Below are positions 30,127-39,683 of a DNA stretch of 44,843 bases, one piece after another. The stretch's first letter is position 1. Each line of letters starts with the position of its first letter. Source of the DNA: a virus; the IMG/VR virus record IMGVR_UViG_3300045988_068058, positions 1 to 44,843 of that record, one strand, 5' to 3'. The position numbers and the translations under genes were made by a program. Under the pieces are notes generated by a model. That model did not search any database, was not told where the DNA came from, and worked only from the letters and a program-made list of their open reading frames with translations.

Positions 30127-33100
30127 ATGGCAGACACAGTATCTTTTGATAGTTTATTGAATACGACAGCTGGGATGACGGCTGTTGTTAACAACAAGAA
30201 ACACGATGATGATGTAGTCAGTGTCACAGGTGTTGATTGGTTTACCTATGCAGGCAAGACTGCCAGTACCATATATGTTTCAGGAAACAATTTTATCGGT
30301 TTCGGGCAGAACGCTGAACAGCTCAAAATCTGGCACAGGGATGGTGCAATTTATTATGTTTACCGACAGGAAGGAACACTTACGTCAGGAAAAAGATTCC
30401 TTAAAATCAGGGTTGAGGGATATGTATATTATTCAAGCACATCTTCGTCGTATGCACTGAAATATGAGATATTCTTGATAGAGGAACAGACTCTTTTTGT
30501 CAATGTTATTCAGAAACCGGCGAACAGTTCATACACTGGCACATCGTCAATTACCGACGGAAAGACCACAACGAGTCTGAATATTTCTGTAGTTTCTGCG
30601 GTACCGATTTCTATTCTGGTTAAGAACGCAGGCGTGTCCCAGACGGTTAGCTACGAAAAGTTTGTTGACAAAGTTCTTACCGGAATTACTGTAACAAAAA
30701 TACCTAACAAGACGACATTTTATCAAGGAGAATTATTTGACAGTACGGGCCTTGAAGTGTCAAAAACATATAATGACGAAACATCAGAAATCATCACTGA
30801 TTACGAATTATCCGGATTTGACAGTAGTTCCGCAGGTACAAAGACCATAACCGTTACTTCATCTGGCAAGACCACAACGTTTGAGATTACCATTTCAGAA
30901 GCCTCTATTACCGCCATATCCGTTACTACTATGCCGAGTAAGGTAAATTACCACATAGGAAAAGAATTTGATTCTACGGGCATTGTGATTACTGCAACTG
31001 CAAGTGACGGAAACACTATAGATGTCACGAAAGATAGCGCGTATTCTGGTTTCGACAGTAGTTCTCCAAAGCAATGTGAAATGACCGCCACTTATGGGGA
31101 TTTCACTTGTACATTTACAGTTACTATTATGCAGCCAGAAAAGATAAATGGAATAAGCTATTCTGGAACTGAATATTTCGCAGGAGACATTACAGATGTG
31201 CACGTGAGCAAAATAAACGTTGTATATTCAGATGGTTCAGAACAAGTAACCAGTGGCTTTGTTATCGAAAACAAGACGCTTACAGAAGCCGGCACAATTA
31301 CTATTAACGTCAATTATTTTGGTATAACAGATGATACGATAAAAGTCAATGTATATGATTCTTTTTTAGTACATATCGGCTCTCCGAATTACGAAGATGT
31401 AACAGCGCAATTTGACCTTAGTACAAATATTCTGACTGTATCTGGAAAAGGAGAATTTGTAGGTCTAGAGGATAATTTAGAACAACTTGCGGTTCCACAC
31501 AGCTTATACACAAGATGCATAAAGATGGTTTTTGAGAATGGAGTCACAAAAATACCAACTGAATTTAGCAGTATTTTCAATAATATAGTTTCTATTGTCT
31601 TTGCTGACACAATCACATATATTGACAGCATTAATTTTCCGGTTTTTTTAGGAAAAAAACTGGAAATTCCTGCGTCAGTGGAGACTATTAAGGACGAAGT
31701 TTTTGGTTCTTGCCCTAATTTAACAGAGCTAGTTCTCCATGAAGGATTAAAAGTAATTAAAGAACAATCATTTAAGGGATGCCATTCATTAAAGAGCATT
31801 ATATTTCCAGAATCAATAACATGGTTAAACTACGCCTTTCTTGATGCAACTTTTGATAACATTGAAATCGGAAGTAAAGGTTTAGAGTTTGATATGGAAA
31901 TGATAGTTCCAGATTGTAAGAATTTAACAATTCGTGGTGGAAGCATGAACGAAATATTTTATGACTCGCCTAGTTTAGAAAACCTTGTTTTAAAAAAGAA
32001 TGTTATTTTTCTTAAAGATTCCATATTTTCCAGATGCACAAAATTAAAGTCTGTAATTATTGAAAATGGTATTACAAAGATTACAAGTAAATGTTTTCAA
32101 AACACGCAGCTCACTAACGTGTCCATTCCTACAAGTGTAACAGCCATTGGTGAAGACGCTTTTCAAACATCAGTTGCAACAAATATTGTCTTGAACAAAA
32201 AAACTAATGAAATACCTGGCTCCCCGTGGGGAGCAACAGGCACGATTACATGGTTAATCCAAGTAGCCAGACTTGAAGTTACTCATATGCCGACTAAAAC
32301 CAGATACTTCGTAGGCGAAACATTTGACAGCACAGGACTTGAAATTGCCGCATACTACAATGATAATACGTCTGAACAAGTAACAGGATATACCTTATCA
32401 AGCCCGGATATGTCCGCATATGGAAATAAAACTGTAACGGTTACATTTGATGAAAAGACCGTAGATTTCAGTATTCTTGTAGTCGATATTTCTGGAATCG
32501 AAGTAAAAACTATGCCTGCAAAAATCGAATATCCAAAAGGAGACGTATTCGACACAACCGGATTATCCATCCTTGTTAAATACACTGACGGAACATTAGA
32601 AACAATAACAACCGGATTTGAAGTATCTGGATTTGATAGTTCTTCTGTTGGCGAAAAGACAATCACAGTAACCTATAAAACCCATACCGCCACTTTCAAA
32701 GTAACCGTATACGACCTTTCAGGAATCCGAATTACAAGTTTTCCGTCAAAAGTTTACTACAAAATCGGAGAATCATTTGACCCGTCTGGTCTGACAGTTG
32801 CAGAGGTAAGGCAGGATGGAACCGAGAAAGAAATCACAGATTACGATATTTCTGGCTTCGATAGTTCCACCGCAGGTTCTAAGACAATCACGGTTTCTTA
32901 TAATACAACAACCAACGGTGTTTCCAAATTTGTCGGCTCTGATAGTTTCCAAATTAAAGTCACAAACGATGGAAAGAACCCGTTTGACGATAGCTCAAGC
33001 GGTGGTTCTGGTGGCGGTTCTGGTGAAGCTGAAGAAGAAAAAACTGAACCGATCAATGTTACAGTGCACTGGATTAACGGAGAATTTGCCGATCTTACAA

Positions 33101-34527
33101 ACGAAAATATCGACCAGAATACACTTACTTTGCAGGAGTCTATTTGTTCTGAAAGCTATTTCATTTTCGGCGGCTGTGTCTGCAATCAGATAACGTTTCA
33201 GGCTCACCACGATCAGTTTAATGGCACTTCGGAAGAGTTTTATCCGTCCGGAAAAATCGAAGTTTACATCGAGAGAAAAGGAACAAAAATCAAAATCTTC
33301 ACAGGCGAAATCGACAGCGCAGAGCGAAAAGCAAACTCCCTGACACGTAATTTTATTGCATATGATTATCTGTATAAATTACGAAATACTGACATTGCAA
33401 GGTGGTATAAAAACCAGACGACTGATAAGAAGAAAAAGCTGACCCAAAAGCAATTCAGAGATAAATTATTTGAATTTTTGGGACTCGAACAGGTTGACAC
33501 AAAGTTACATTGGGACGACACCTATGTGCCTGATACGAATAATTCAAATGAGATGAACGTAGTGAATATTCTGAAAGATTTATGCTTGCAGAATGACCGT
33601 TTTGGTTGGATGAACAGGGACGGCAAGTTTGAGTATCTGAAACTCCGGCAGAACAGTTATAGATACGGGCAGACCACCAGTAATCAGAACATTTATAAAT
33701 ACTACAATAACGAAGAAGTACATCTCGATACATTCAAGAGTTTTACCGCAACAGAGGGAAGAATCTGGTTCCCAAATATTATATTTTGTGACCCTGACCC
33801 GAATAGAGCCTTTGGTTTTACACAAGGCGACTATACAGCACAAGAAGCGTATGATAACAACGTTTATTACAATAGAAATAGTTTCTTTGTAGGAAATGAA
33901 GACTGGCTAAATTACGTTTGGGATGCAGACGAATATGGCGGTATTTCAAGGGCTAAACCAATTATGAAGATTTGCTATGGCGTATTCGTAAATCAAGATT
34001 TGCGGAAATATTACCGTGCACAGGGATATACTGCCGAGGTTCAGGGAAACCCACTGAACATGGTTGGACAGGCAGTCGAACTCTACTATAAAAAGCAGAT
34101 TCAGCACGACGAGCAGGAACCTACAGAACTGCAATGGTACGTTCATTCATACATCATGAGCAGAACGCTCAAAATCGGCGCCACAGACATGATAGACACC
34201 TATTCTGCCAACAACGCACCGTTTAATAGTAACAGTCAGCAGTTAGGAAAATATACTCCCGAAATATCTGGAACGGTCAACCTTACCCGTTCAGAAATGC
34301 CGACAATCAGTTATGCGGAATTTACGGACGGTTCGGATTCTGAATTTTCGCCGGCAACGATTGATGATTTTACGGACGGTTCCGGTGGTTCTGGTAGCAC
34401 TTCTGAGCAATTGAAAAAGGCACAATTAAGGTGCGTAAAGCGAATAAAAAAAGCTGATTATGACGCTCTTGTAGCCGCAGGAACTGACCGGGCAGATACA
34501 TTGTATTTCACATTCGAGGAGAGCTGA
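30127..34527 (+). CDS. Giant tail tip / receptor-binding protein: 3 Ig-like repeats, BspA-type LRR, 3 Ig-like repeats, Gly/Ser linker, Tal-like C-terminal domain
   Basis: Six repeats of the P.K..Y..GE.FD..GL.V...Y.D......T.Y..SGFDSS..G.KTITV pattern. LRR_5-like motifs (IPASVETIKDEVFGSCPNLTEL, IFSRCTKLKSVIIENGITKI). Linker SSSGGSGGGSGEAEEEK. ATG 30127 lies 6 nt after GGGAGG. Confidence 0.85.
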   Translation: MADTVSFDSLLNTTAGMTAVVNNKKHDDDVVSVTGVDWFTYAGKTASTIYVSGNNFIGFGQNAEQLKIWHRDGAIYYVYRQEGTLTSGKRFLKIRVEGYVYYSSTSSSYALKYEIFLIEEQTLFVNVIQKPANSSYTGTSSITDGKTTTSLNISVVSAVPISILVKNAGVSQTVSYEKFVDKVLTGITVTKIPNKTTFYQGELFDSTGLEVSKTYNDETSEIITDYELSGFDSSSAGTKTITVTSSGKTTTFEITISEASITAISVTTMPSKVNYHIGKEFDSTGIVITATASDGNTIDVTKDSAYSGFDSSSPKQCEMTATYGDFTCTFTVTIMQPEKINGISYSGTEYFAGDITDVHVSKINVVYSDGSEQVTSGFVIENKTLTEAGTITINVNYFGITDDTIKVNVYDSFLVHIGSPNYEDVTAQFDLSTNILTVSGKGEFVGLEDNLEQLAVPHSLYTRCIKMVFENGVTKIPTEFSSIFNNIVSIVFADTITYIDSINFPVFLGKKLEIPASVETIKDEVFGSCPNLTELVLHEGLKVIKEQSFKGCHSLKSIIFPESITWLNYAFLDATFDNIEIGSKGLEFDMEMIVPDCKNLTIRGGSMNEIFYDSPSLENLVLKKNVIFLKDSIFSRCTKLKSVIIENGITKITSKCFQNTQLTNVSIPTSVTAIGEDAFQTSVATNIVLNKKTNEIPGSPWGATGTITWLIQVARLEVTHMPTKTRYFVGETFDSTGLEIAAYYNDNTSEQVTGYTLSSPDMSAYGNKTVTVTFDEKTVDFSILVVDISGIEVKTMPAKIEYPKGDVFDTTGLSILVKYTDGTLETITTGFEVSGFDSSSVGEKTITVTYKTHTATFKVTVYDLSGIRITSFPSKVYYKIGESFDPSGLTVAEVRQDGTEKEITDYDISGFDSSTAGSKTITVSYNTTTNGVSKFVGSDSFQIKVTNDGKNPFDDSSSGGSGGGSGEAEEEKTEPINVTVHWINGEFADLTNENIDQNTLTLQESICSESYFIFGGCVCNQITFQAHHDQFNGTSEEFYPSGKIEVYIERKGTKIKIFTGEIDSAERKANSLTRNFIAYDYLYKLRNTDIARWYKNQTTDKKKKLTQKQFRDKLFEFLGLEQVDTKLHWDDTYVPDTNNSNEMNVVNILKDLCLQNDRFGWMNRDGKFEYLKLRQNSYRYGQTTSNQNIYKYYNNEEVHLDTFKSFTATEGRIWFPNIIFCDPDPNRAFGFTQGDYTAQEAYDNNVYYNRNSFFVGNEDWLNYVWDADEYGGISRAKPIMKICYGVFVNQDLRKYYRAQGYTAEVQGNPLNMVGQAVELYYKKQIQHDEQEPTELQWYVHSYIMSRTLKIGATDMIDTYSANNAPFNSNSQQLGKYTPEISGTVNLTRSEMPTISYAEFTDGSDSEFSPATIDDFTDGSGGSGSTSEQLKKAQLRCVKRIKKADYDALVAAGTDRADTLYFTFEES

Positions 34528-34531
34528 TTAG

Positions 34532-35134
34532 ATGATATATAAGGCATTTTTGAACAGACAGGAAATCACTGGATTTCCTGTCAAAGGTAAAGATGTAACA
34601 AAGATTTATGGCGGGGATATTTTGCTATGGGAAAAATCAGGAAAACTTCCCATGAAAGAAATATGCTGTGCAAGAGGAACATATTACTGGGCATCGGATT
34701 TAAGTGGTCCATACGAGACATTTAATGAGATTGAATTTTCGGTTCGTAACCAAAATGAAAATGGAAAAGTATATCTGACTCAAAATACAAAGGTTGGATA
34801 TTATCTTGAATATAACCATATATCCGGTCAATCGTTTTCGTGTCGAGCGTATGTTATGTATGATGGTGTTGTAATTCCAGAAAAAGGTTCTGACTATTTT
34901 TTAAATGTTAAAAAGACATATAAAAAATACGATATGAGCGAAAATTTACTTGAAAAAACTGAGGAATGGCAATTTAGTACATTAGTTGATAAAAATAAGC
35001 CTGGAATATATCAAGTTGGATTTGGAAATGGCGTATCTCTTGGGCTTAATGCACTTCCAATTAACGGTATGGTAACTGGCGGAGTGGGTTTTGACTCGCT
35101 CGAAAAATTAAAGGAATACATGGGCGTTTCTTAA
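34532..35134 (+). CDS. Hypothetical tail/baseplate-associated protein
   Basis: Last ORF of the tail operon; 200 aa. Confidence 0.55.
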   Translation: MIYKAFLNRQEITGFPVKGKDVTKIYGGDILLWEKSGKLPMKEICCARGTYYWASDLSGPYETFNEIEFSVRNQNENGKVYLTQNTKVGYYLEYNHISGQSFSCRAYVMYDGVVIPEKGSDYFLNVKKTYKKYDMSENLLEKTEEWQFSTLVDKNKPGIYQVGFGNGVSLGLNALPINGMVTGGVGFDSLEKLKEYMGVS

Positions 35135-35397
35135 TTAATTTGATGAATAAGAGCACCAAAATCGCAAATAAGAGCGCATTTTCCATAAAAATCCAAATAA
35201 GCCCTTATTCGCCAAAATAATCTTAAAATCTCAGTCCTGACTGCACTAAAATGTAACTATATTAAAAATAAAAAATGAATAATTTGTAAATGTAAATTTT
35301 GCTTGTTTTCAGAATAATTCAATCATCTGAGAAAATAATAAAATCCAGAAATAAATATTCTGTCAACGAGCGATTTTCGTTTACATAATATCTCGAT

Positions 35398-35503
35398 GTA
35401 ACGTTACAATAACGTTACCAGTAACGCAATGTAACGCAATAGAATAAGAATAAGAAATAGAATAAGAATATAATTAATATATATACGAGATATATATTAA
35501 TCG
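35398..35503. repeat. Repeat cluster: GTAACG/CGTTAC x5, (AGAATA/AGAAAT)n, and an 11-bp-arm AT inverted repeat
   Basis: GTAACGTTAC at 35398, ACGTTAC at 35412, GTAACGCAAT twice at 35421-35440, AGAATAAGAATAAGAAATAGAATAAGAATA at 35441-35470, and TTAATATATAT-ACGAG-ATATATATTAA at ~35473-35499. Confidence 0.7.
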
Positions 35504-35701
35504 TCAAATTAGGCTAATTTGACCCTGACATTCTTAATTCGTTTCAGCCTAAAGAAACCATTTTCATTAACAACCTTGTACTTGACTCATATAACGATTT
35601 TGTGTGCGATTCGATAAAATCCTCGGATAATATATAAAAATTGATTCTAGGGGCAAATACAGAGCTTACAAGGCATATTTAACAGAAAGGAGCAACGTGA
35701 T

Positions 35702-37174
35702 ATGACAAACGAACAAAAAGCAGTTCTCAGGAAGATTATTTATGCAGTCGAAACCGGCGGACAAGTTTATGGACAACAGGATTATTCAGACTTTACAGAA
35801 GCCTACGAGAACAATTCAGATGAACATGCAATCACAATCGGTGCAGGAGCGTGGTACGGAACCGAAGCCAAGACACTTCTGGAACGAATTTACGATGCCG
35901 ACCCGGAACAATGGGAGAAGATAGACAAGGTCGGACTTCTGGAACAAGTTCAGACCGCAAACTGGGAATGTTTTAATATTTCCAGAGCGTCGCAGCTTGC
36001 TGACACCATAATTGCCCTTATTTCGTCCGATTTGGGCGTTAAATGCCAAGATAGCCTTATGGATGAACAATTAGCCACCTACGCAGACGAAGCCTTTAAA
36101 CAGGGCGTTACGGATGCCAGAGTGCAAGCCATGTGCGCGAACTTTAGGCACCAAGGCGGGCAAGGGGCGGTAACGAGGATTCTGGCAAAGACTCAGAAGC
36201 CATATACGCTCGATAATCTCTATGCAGCCTGCCAGACGGACACAGGGAACCAAGTCGGGGCATATAAGGACAGGCAGAGATTTGTTTATGACGCATTAAA
36301 AACATATTTTCCAGAAAGTGCGGTACAACAAATGGTAACAGTAAAAATTAGTAATTGTGGGCATGACGAGAACGGCAGATATGCAGGCGGAAAAGCCGGC
36401 GATCAGACCGGAACAGAATATCAGATTATGAATTGGTACAGCAGACCATGGCTCTGCGTTCTGAGATTCGAAGATAAAACAATTTCCGATATGATTGCGG
36501 ATATGGCAACGAAAGCGGCTCAGAATGACCATATCGGTTACGATATGGGGACTGTGGGAAACGATAATGATAGATATACATTCTGGCAACAACTTAAAGC
36601 CAATGGATATGACCCTGCCAAAATAAAAAAAGACTGCGAGAGTGATTGTAGTGCCAGTACAGCAGCGATTATCAAAGGAGCCGGATACCGTCTGGACAAT
36701 GAAAGACTGAAAACTGTCAGTATTTATTTGACTACTTACGATATGCGACAAGCGTTAAAAGATGTAGGTGCGAAAGTGCTGACAGACTCTAAATACCTGA
36801 CTTCTGGCGATTATATTAAGACCGGAGATATTCTTCTGAATGACGATCATCATGTGGCAATTGCAGTTACTAGTGGTTCGTTGTCTGGAGATGACATAGA
36901 ACCAAACCGGAACTCAAAAATGAACACCAGAGCCTACATTGCACAGATAAAAAAAGACACGAAATGCTATGTAGAATCAAACAAAAATAGCCCATCAAAA
37001 CTGTTTCCGAAGTTAAAAAAAGGTGCAATTGTAGAGGTGATGAAGTACACAGAAACCGACAGTTCAGGGTTGAAATGGTATTTCATCCGCATCCCTTATC
37101 CGAACGATGATGGGTTCGTTTTTGAATTTATTCCAAAAGGATCATTCACTAGAATCACGAAAATTTCTAAATAA
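35702..37174 (+). CDS. Endolysin: N-terminal lysozyme-like(?) domain, Amidase_5/papain-like Cys-His domain, C-terminal SH3b-like domain
   Basis: ESDCSASTAAIIKGAGY and GDILLNDDHHVAIAV resemble Pal-type Amidase_5 motifs. The C-terminal 90 aa is beta-rich (GAIVEVMKY...LKWYFIRI). It is the last late gene before attP. Confidence 0.7.
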   Translation: MTNEQKAVLRKIIYAVETGGQVYGQQDYSDFTEAYENNSDEHAITIGAGAWYGTEAKTLLERIYDADPEQWEKIDKVGLLEQVQTANWECFNISRASQLADTIIALISSDLGVKCQDSLMDEQLATYADEAFKQGVTDARVQAMCANFRHQGGQGAVTRILAKTQKPYTLDNLYAACQTDTGNQVGAYKDRQRFVYDALKTYFPESAVQQMVTVKISNCGHDENGRYAGGKAGDQTGTEYQIMNWYSRPWLCVLRFEDKTISDMIADMATKAAQNDHIGYDMGTVGNDNDRYTFWQQLKANGYDPAKIKKDCESDCSASTAAIIKGAGYRLDNERLKTVSIYLTTYDMRQALKDVGAKVLTDSKYLTSGDYIKTGDILLNDDHHVAIAVTSGSLSGDDIEPNRNSKMNTRAYIAQIKKDTKCYVESNKNSPSKLFPKLKKGAIVEVMKYTETDSSGLKWYFIRIPYPNDDGFVFEFIPKGSFTRITKISK

Positions 37175-37181
37175 TCCCCCC

Positions 37182-37211
37182 CCCGGGATTGGCCCCGGGA
37201 GTTTTATCTTT
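37182..37211 (+). terminator. Intrinsic terminator
   Basis: CCCGGG-ATTGGC-CCCGGG hairpin followed by AGTTTTATCTTT. Confidence 0.6.
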
Positions 37212-37252
37212 AAACATATTTTGTATCATTTCGGAAGTTTTAGACTGTTATC

Positions 37253-37273
37253 GTTAGTCACACGTTAGTCACA
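37253..37273. repeat. Tandem GTTAGTCACA x2 (putative integrase arm-type sites, distal arm)
   Basis: Copies at 37253-37262 and 37264-37273. Confidence 0.5.
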
Positions 37274-37498
37274 AATAAAAATATTGTTTCCTAATATAAT
37301 AGTGGCAAAAACACTGTATTTACAGGCATTTGCGCAATTTTCTAAATTCTATTTATTGGTCACAATTAATAAAATTAGAATAATGAAAATGAAATGCGGG
37401 AAATCCTTGTAAAATCGCTGAAAACGTTGATTTTAATAGGGTTTCCGGCATTTCGATAATGATATTTCGGTTGTCTTAGAAATATTAAAATGGGTTCC

Positions 37499-37518
37499 AT
37501 TAGTCACAGTTAGTCACA
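37499..37518. repeat. Tandem ATTAGTCACA / GTTAGTCACA (putative arm-type sites overlapping the int stop codon)
   Basis: Copies at 37499-37508 and 37509-37518, in the same orientation as the 37253 pair. Confidence 0.5.
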
Positions 37519-38678
37519 AATGGAACTTTTATCTTTTCTATCTCTGCCCGGAGTTCTTCCAGTGTCCTGTGGCCGTACACAGCATTTGTGACGTCTCCAC
37601 CAAAGGAGTGGCCAAGCATTCGTTTTCGGTCATTCTCCCGGACGCCGTATTTTTCACACAGCGCAGAAAAGGTGTGTCGACAATCATGCGGCGTGTGTTT
37701 TGGATTGCCGACTATTCCCAAACGTTCCAGTGTAGGATAGAACAATGCTTTTCTGTGATGCTGCTGAGTATACACGCATAATTTTCCATCTTGTGTCAGT
37801 ACTTTCTGTTCGACAAAATGATATACGGCAGGATGTATCGGGACAATTCTGTTTTTACCGGCTTTTGTTTTAATGCCGCCTTGAAAGTATTTCTCTTCCA
37901 GGTTAGTTGTAAGTTTTAACACTTCACCGATTCTCCAACCAGAATAGCACATAATAAGAATGAGCTGCACTTCTGGATCGTCCTTATTATTCCACAGTAC
38001 TTGCATCTCCTGATCAGAAAATGGTGTTCCATGTTCGGTGTCATTATCAGTATTGACATGGACATATAACGCCTTGTTTTCCGTTACGATTTCTGAGTAT
38101 ACGGCATATTTGTACATCTGTTTAAACAGAGTCAAAATAGCCATCTGGCTTTGCTTTTTCAGCTTACAGTCATCAATAACCTTTTGCATATCAGGAGCCT
38201 TTAAATCTTCGAATATGCGATTGTGCAGAACAGTACAGTTTGAATAGGCTGTCCGGTATGCTTCCTTTGAACTGTATGACAGTTTTGTTCCCTCTGGGAA
38301 CTTCCACGCATAAAACTGTTTATATACCTCTGAGAACGTCAATTTCTTGATTTCCGGGTGTTTTCCTTCGACACCCTTAATTGTATTGTAGTCAGCAATT
38401 AAGCGGTTCACAAGGGCGTCTATGTCGGTCGTAGGGGACACCTCAAGAGTCCGTTCCATGCCGGGTTGATACGTGCCGGCTTTGTATGCTGTCAGGACGG
38501 TGAAACCTTTTATCCAGTCATCTACGTAGCAGATCGCCGGCGGACGTTTTAGTTTACCATTATCGCCCAGTGTAGCCGGCGGATGCACTGCAAAACAGTT
38601 TCTCCGATTCTTGCCAAGATACCGGATAGAGCCGAAATTATTCGGTAACTTTGGATATTTCTTTCTTTTCTTCGCCAT
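37500..38678 (-). CDS. int: Tyrosine recombinase (phage integrase)
   Basis: HTPHDCRHTFS, MLGHSFGGD and AVYGH motifs (R-H-R-Y family). ATG 38678 follows RBS AGAGGAA. The track start at 38774 is over-extended. Confidence 0.9.
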   Translation of the reverse strand: MAKKRKKYPKLPNNFGSIRYLGKNRRNCFAVHPPATLGDNGKLKRPPAICYVDDWIKGFTVLTAYKAGTYQPGMERTLEVSPTTDIDALVNRLIADYNTIKGVEGKHPEIKKLTFSEVYKQFYAWKFPEGTKLSYSSKEAYRTAYSNCTVLHNRIFEDLKAPDMQKVIDDCKLKKQSQMAILTLFKQMYKYAVYSEIVTENKALYVHVNTDNDTEHGTPFSDQEMQVLWNNKDDPEVQLILIMCYSGWRIGEVLKLTTNLEEKYFQGGIKTKAGKNRIVPIHPAVYHFVEQKVLTQDGKLCVYTQQHHRKALFYPTLERLGIVGNPKHTPHDCRHTFSALCEKYGVRENDRKRMLGHSFGGDVTNAVYGHRTLEELRAEIEKIKVPFVTNCD

Positions 38679-38818
38679 TTTTATTCCTCTTTTCTTTATG
38701 TAACTGCTTTTAGGTATAAAAATAACAGCCGAACAAATTTTCTGTCTTGTTCGACTGCTCCGAAGATGATACAATATGTTTTGCCAGAATATAGCATCTC
38801 TTCGGAGATGTATAAACG

Positions 38819-38852
38819 CCGTCCCGGTACGCCAATGCCGGGGCGGTTTTTT
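38819..38852. terminator. GC-rich hairpin with T6 on the + side (terminator-like, between the int and OB-fold genes)
   Basis: CCGTCCCGG / CCGGGGCGG stem followed by TTTTTT. On the minus strand it is followed only by TTTATA. Confidence 0.5.
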
Positions 38853-38853
38853 A

Positions 38854-39333
38854 TTATTCTATTTCTTCAATATCGAGAGAATATCCAAGAACTTCTCCAA
38901 CGTCTGTGCATTTTCCTTTTAAAGTAACGGTGTCACCCTTTGACATGGATGCTATTTTGGATTTTTGGTCGTCGTTTTTGATGTAGCACTGGACTCCAAT
39001 AATCTCAAAATCTCCATCAGCCATAAGATCAATATATTTTCCGGCTGCATCAATGTTGCTGAGCTTTCCGGTAATCTCAAGATATTTGCCTTTGTATTTA
39101 TCAGATGCGCCCATTGCATTACTGTCAAGCTGAGACATCATATCGTTGACTGATACGGATGTGTATTCAATTGGTGCAGGTGTGTCAGTTTCTTTTGCAG
39201 ACTCTGTTTTTGCGGATGTACTGGAAGTTGACGTAGTACCTGAATCCGAATTTCCGCCAACGGCACCAATAACGCCGATTGCGACAACTGCCAGAACTAC
39301 CCATTTAAGTTTTCCACCTTTTTTCTTACTCAT
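38854..39333 (-). CDS. Membrane-anchored OB-fold (tRNA_anti-like) surface protein, lysogeny-region moron
   Basis: N-terminal KKKGGKLKWVVLAVVAIGVIGAV anchor and a Ser/Thr linker. The YKGKYLEITGKLSNI...GDTVTLKGKCTDV pattern is recalled from OB-fold prophage proteins. ATG 39333 follows GGAGGAG. Confidence 0.7.
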   Translation of the reverse strand: MSKKKGGKLKWVVLAVVAIGVIGAVGGNSDSGTTSTSSTSAKTESAKETDTPAPIEYTSVSVNDMMSQLDSNAMGASDKYKGKYLEITGKLSNIDAAGKYIDLMADGDFEIIGVQCYIKNDDQKSKIASMSKGDTVTLKGKCTDVGEVLGYSLDIEEIE

Positions 39334-39565
39334 AGAATTGCTCCTCCTAATAGCTTTATTCGCCACATTTCGCACTTTTCATGCGGATTATGTATTTTGT
39401 ACCGCTGATTTTGCGATATTATGTAAAGTACGGTTATTCGTGGTATTTTTATTTTATCATTTTAAAAGCATATTGTAAAGATTTAGAACGAAATAGAGTG
39501 ATTTAGATGAATAAGAAATGTTTTTTTTCTATAAAATAATGAGAGTTCATGTATATCATTGGCAG

Positions 39566-39594
39566 TTGCCAAGAATCGGAATAGGTGGTATAAT
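39566..39594 (+). promoter_or_regulatory. Strong sigma-A-type promoter TTGCCA-N17-TATAAT with TG extension
   Basis: -35 at 39566-39571, TGG at 39586-39588, -10 at 39589-39594. Confidence 0.6.
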
Positions 39595-39602
39595 AGCAAA
39601 AG

Positions 39603-39616
39603 CGAACTAATGTTCG
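39603..39616. promoter_or_regulatory. Perfect Cheo-type SOS box CGAACTAATGTTCG (candidate host LexA site) at about +3 to +16
   Basis: Matches the Gram-positive LexA consensus CGAAC-N4-GTTCG. Lies immediately downstream of the -10. Confidence 0.55.
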
Positions 39617-39683
39617 GTTCTATTTCCCACAGACCGGACATATACTGTAGTGTAGGTGGTAGTTGCGACAGGGAGGGTTATTT

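Noticed and set aside
30127-34527. Diversity-generating retroelement targeting the Ig/LRR receptor-binding protein
   Set aside because: No reverse-transcriptase ORF exists anywhere in the genome. I found no near-identical template/variable repeat pair differing at adenines. The Ig repeats are diverged at the protein level, not DGR-like.
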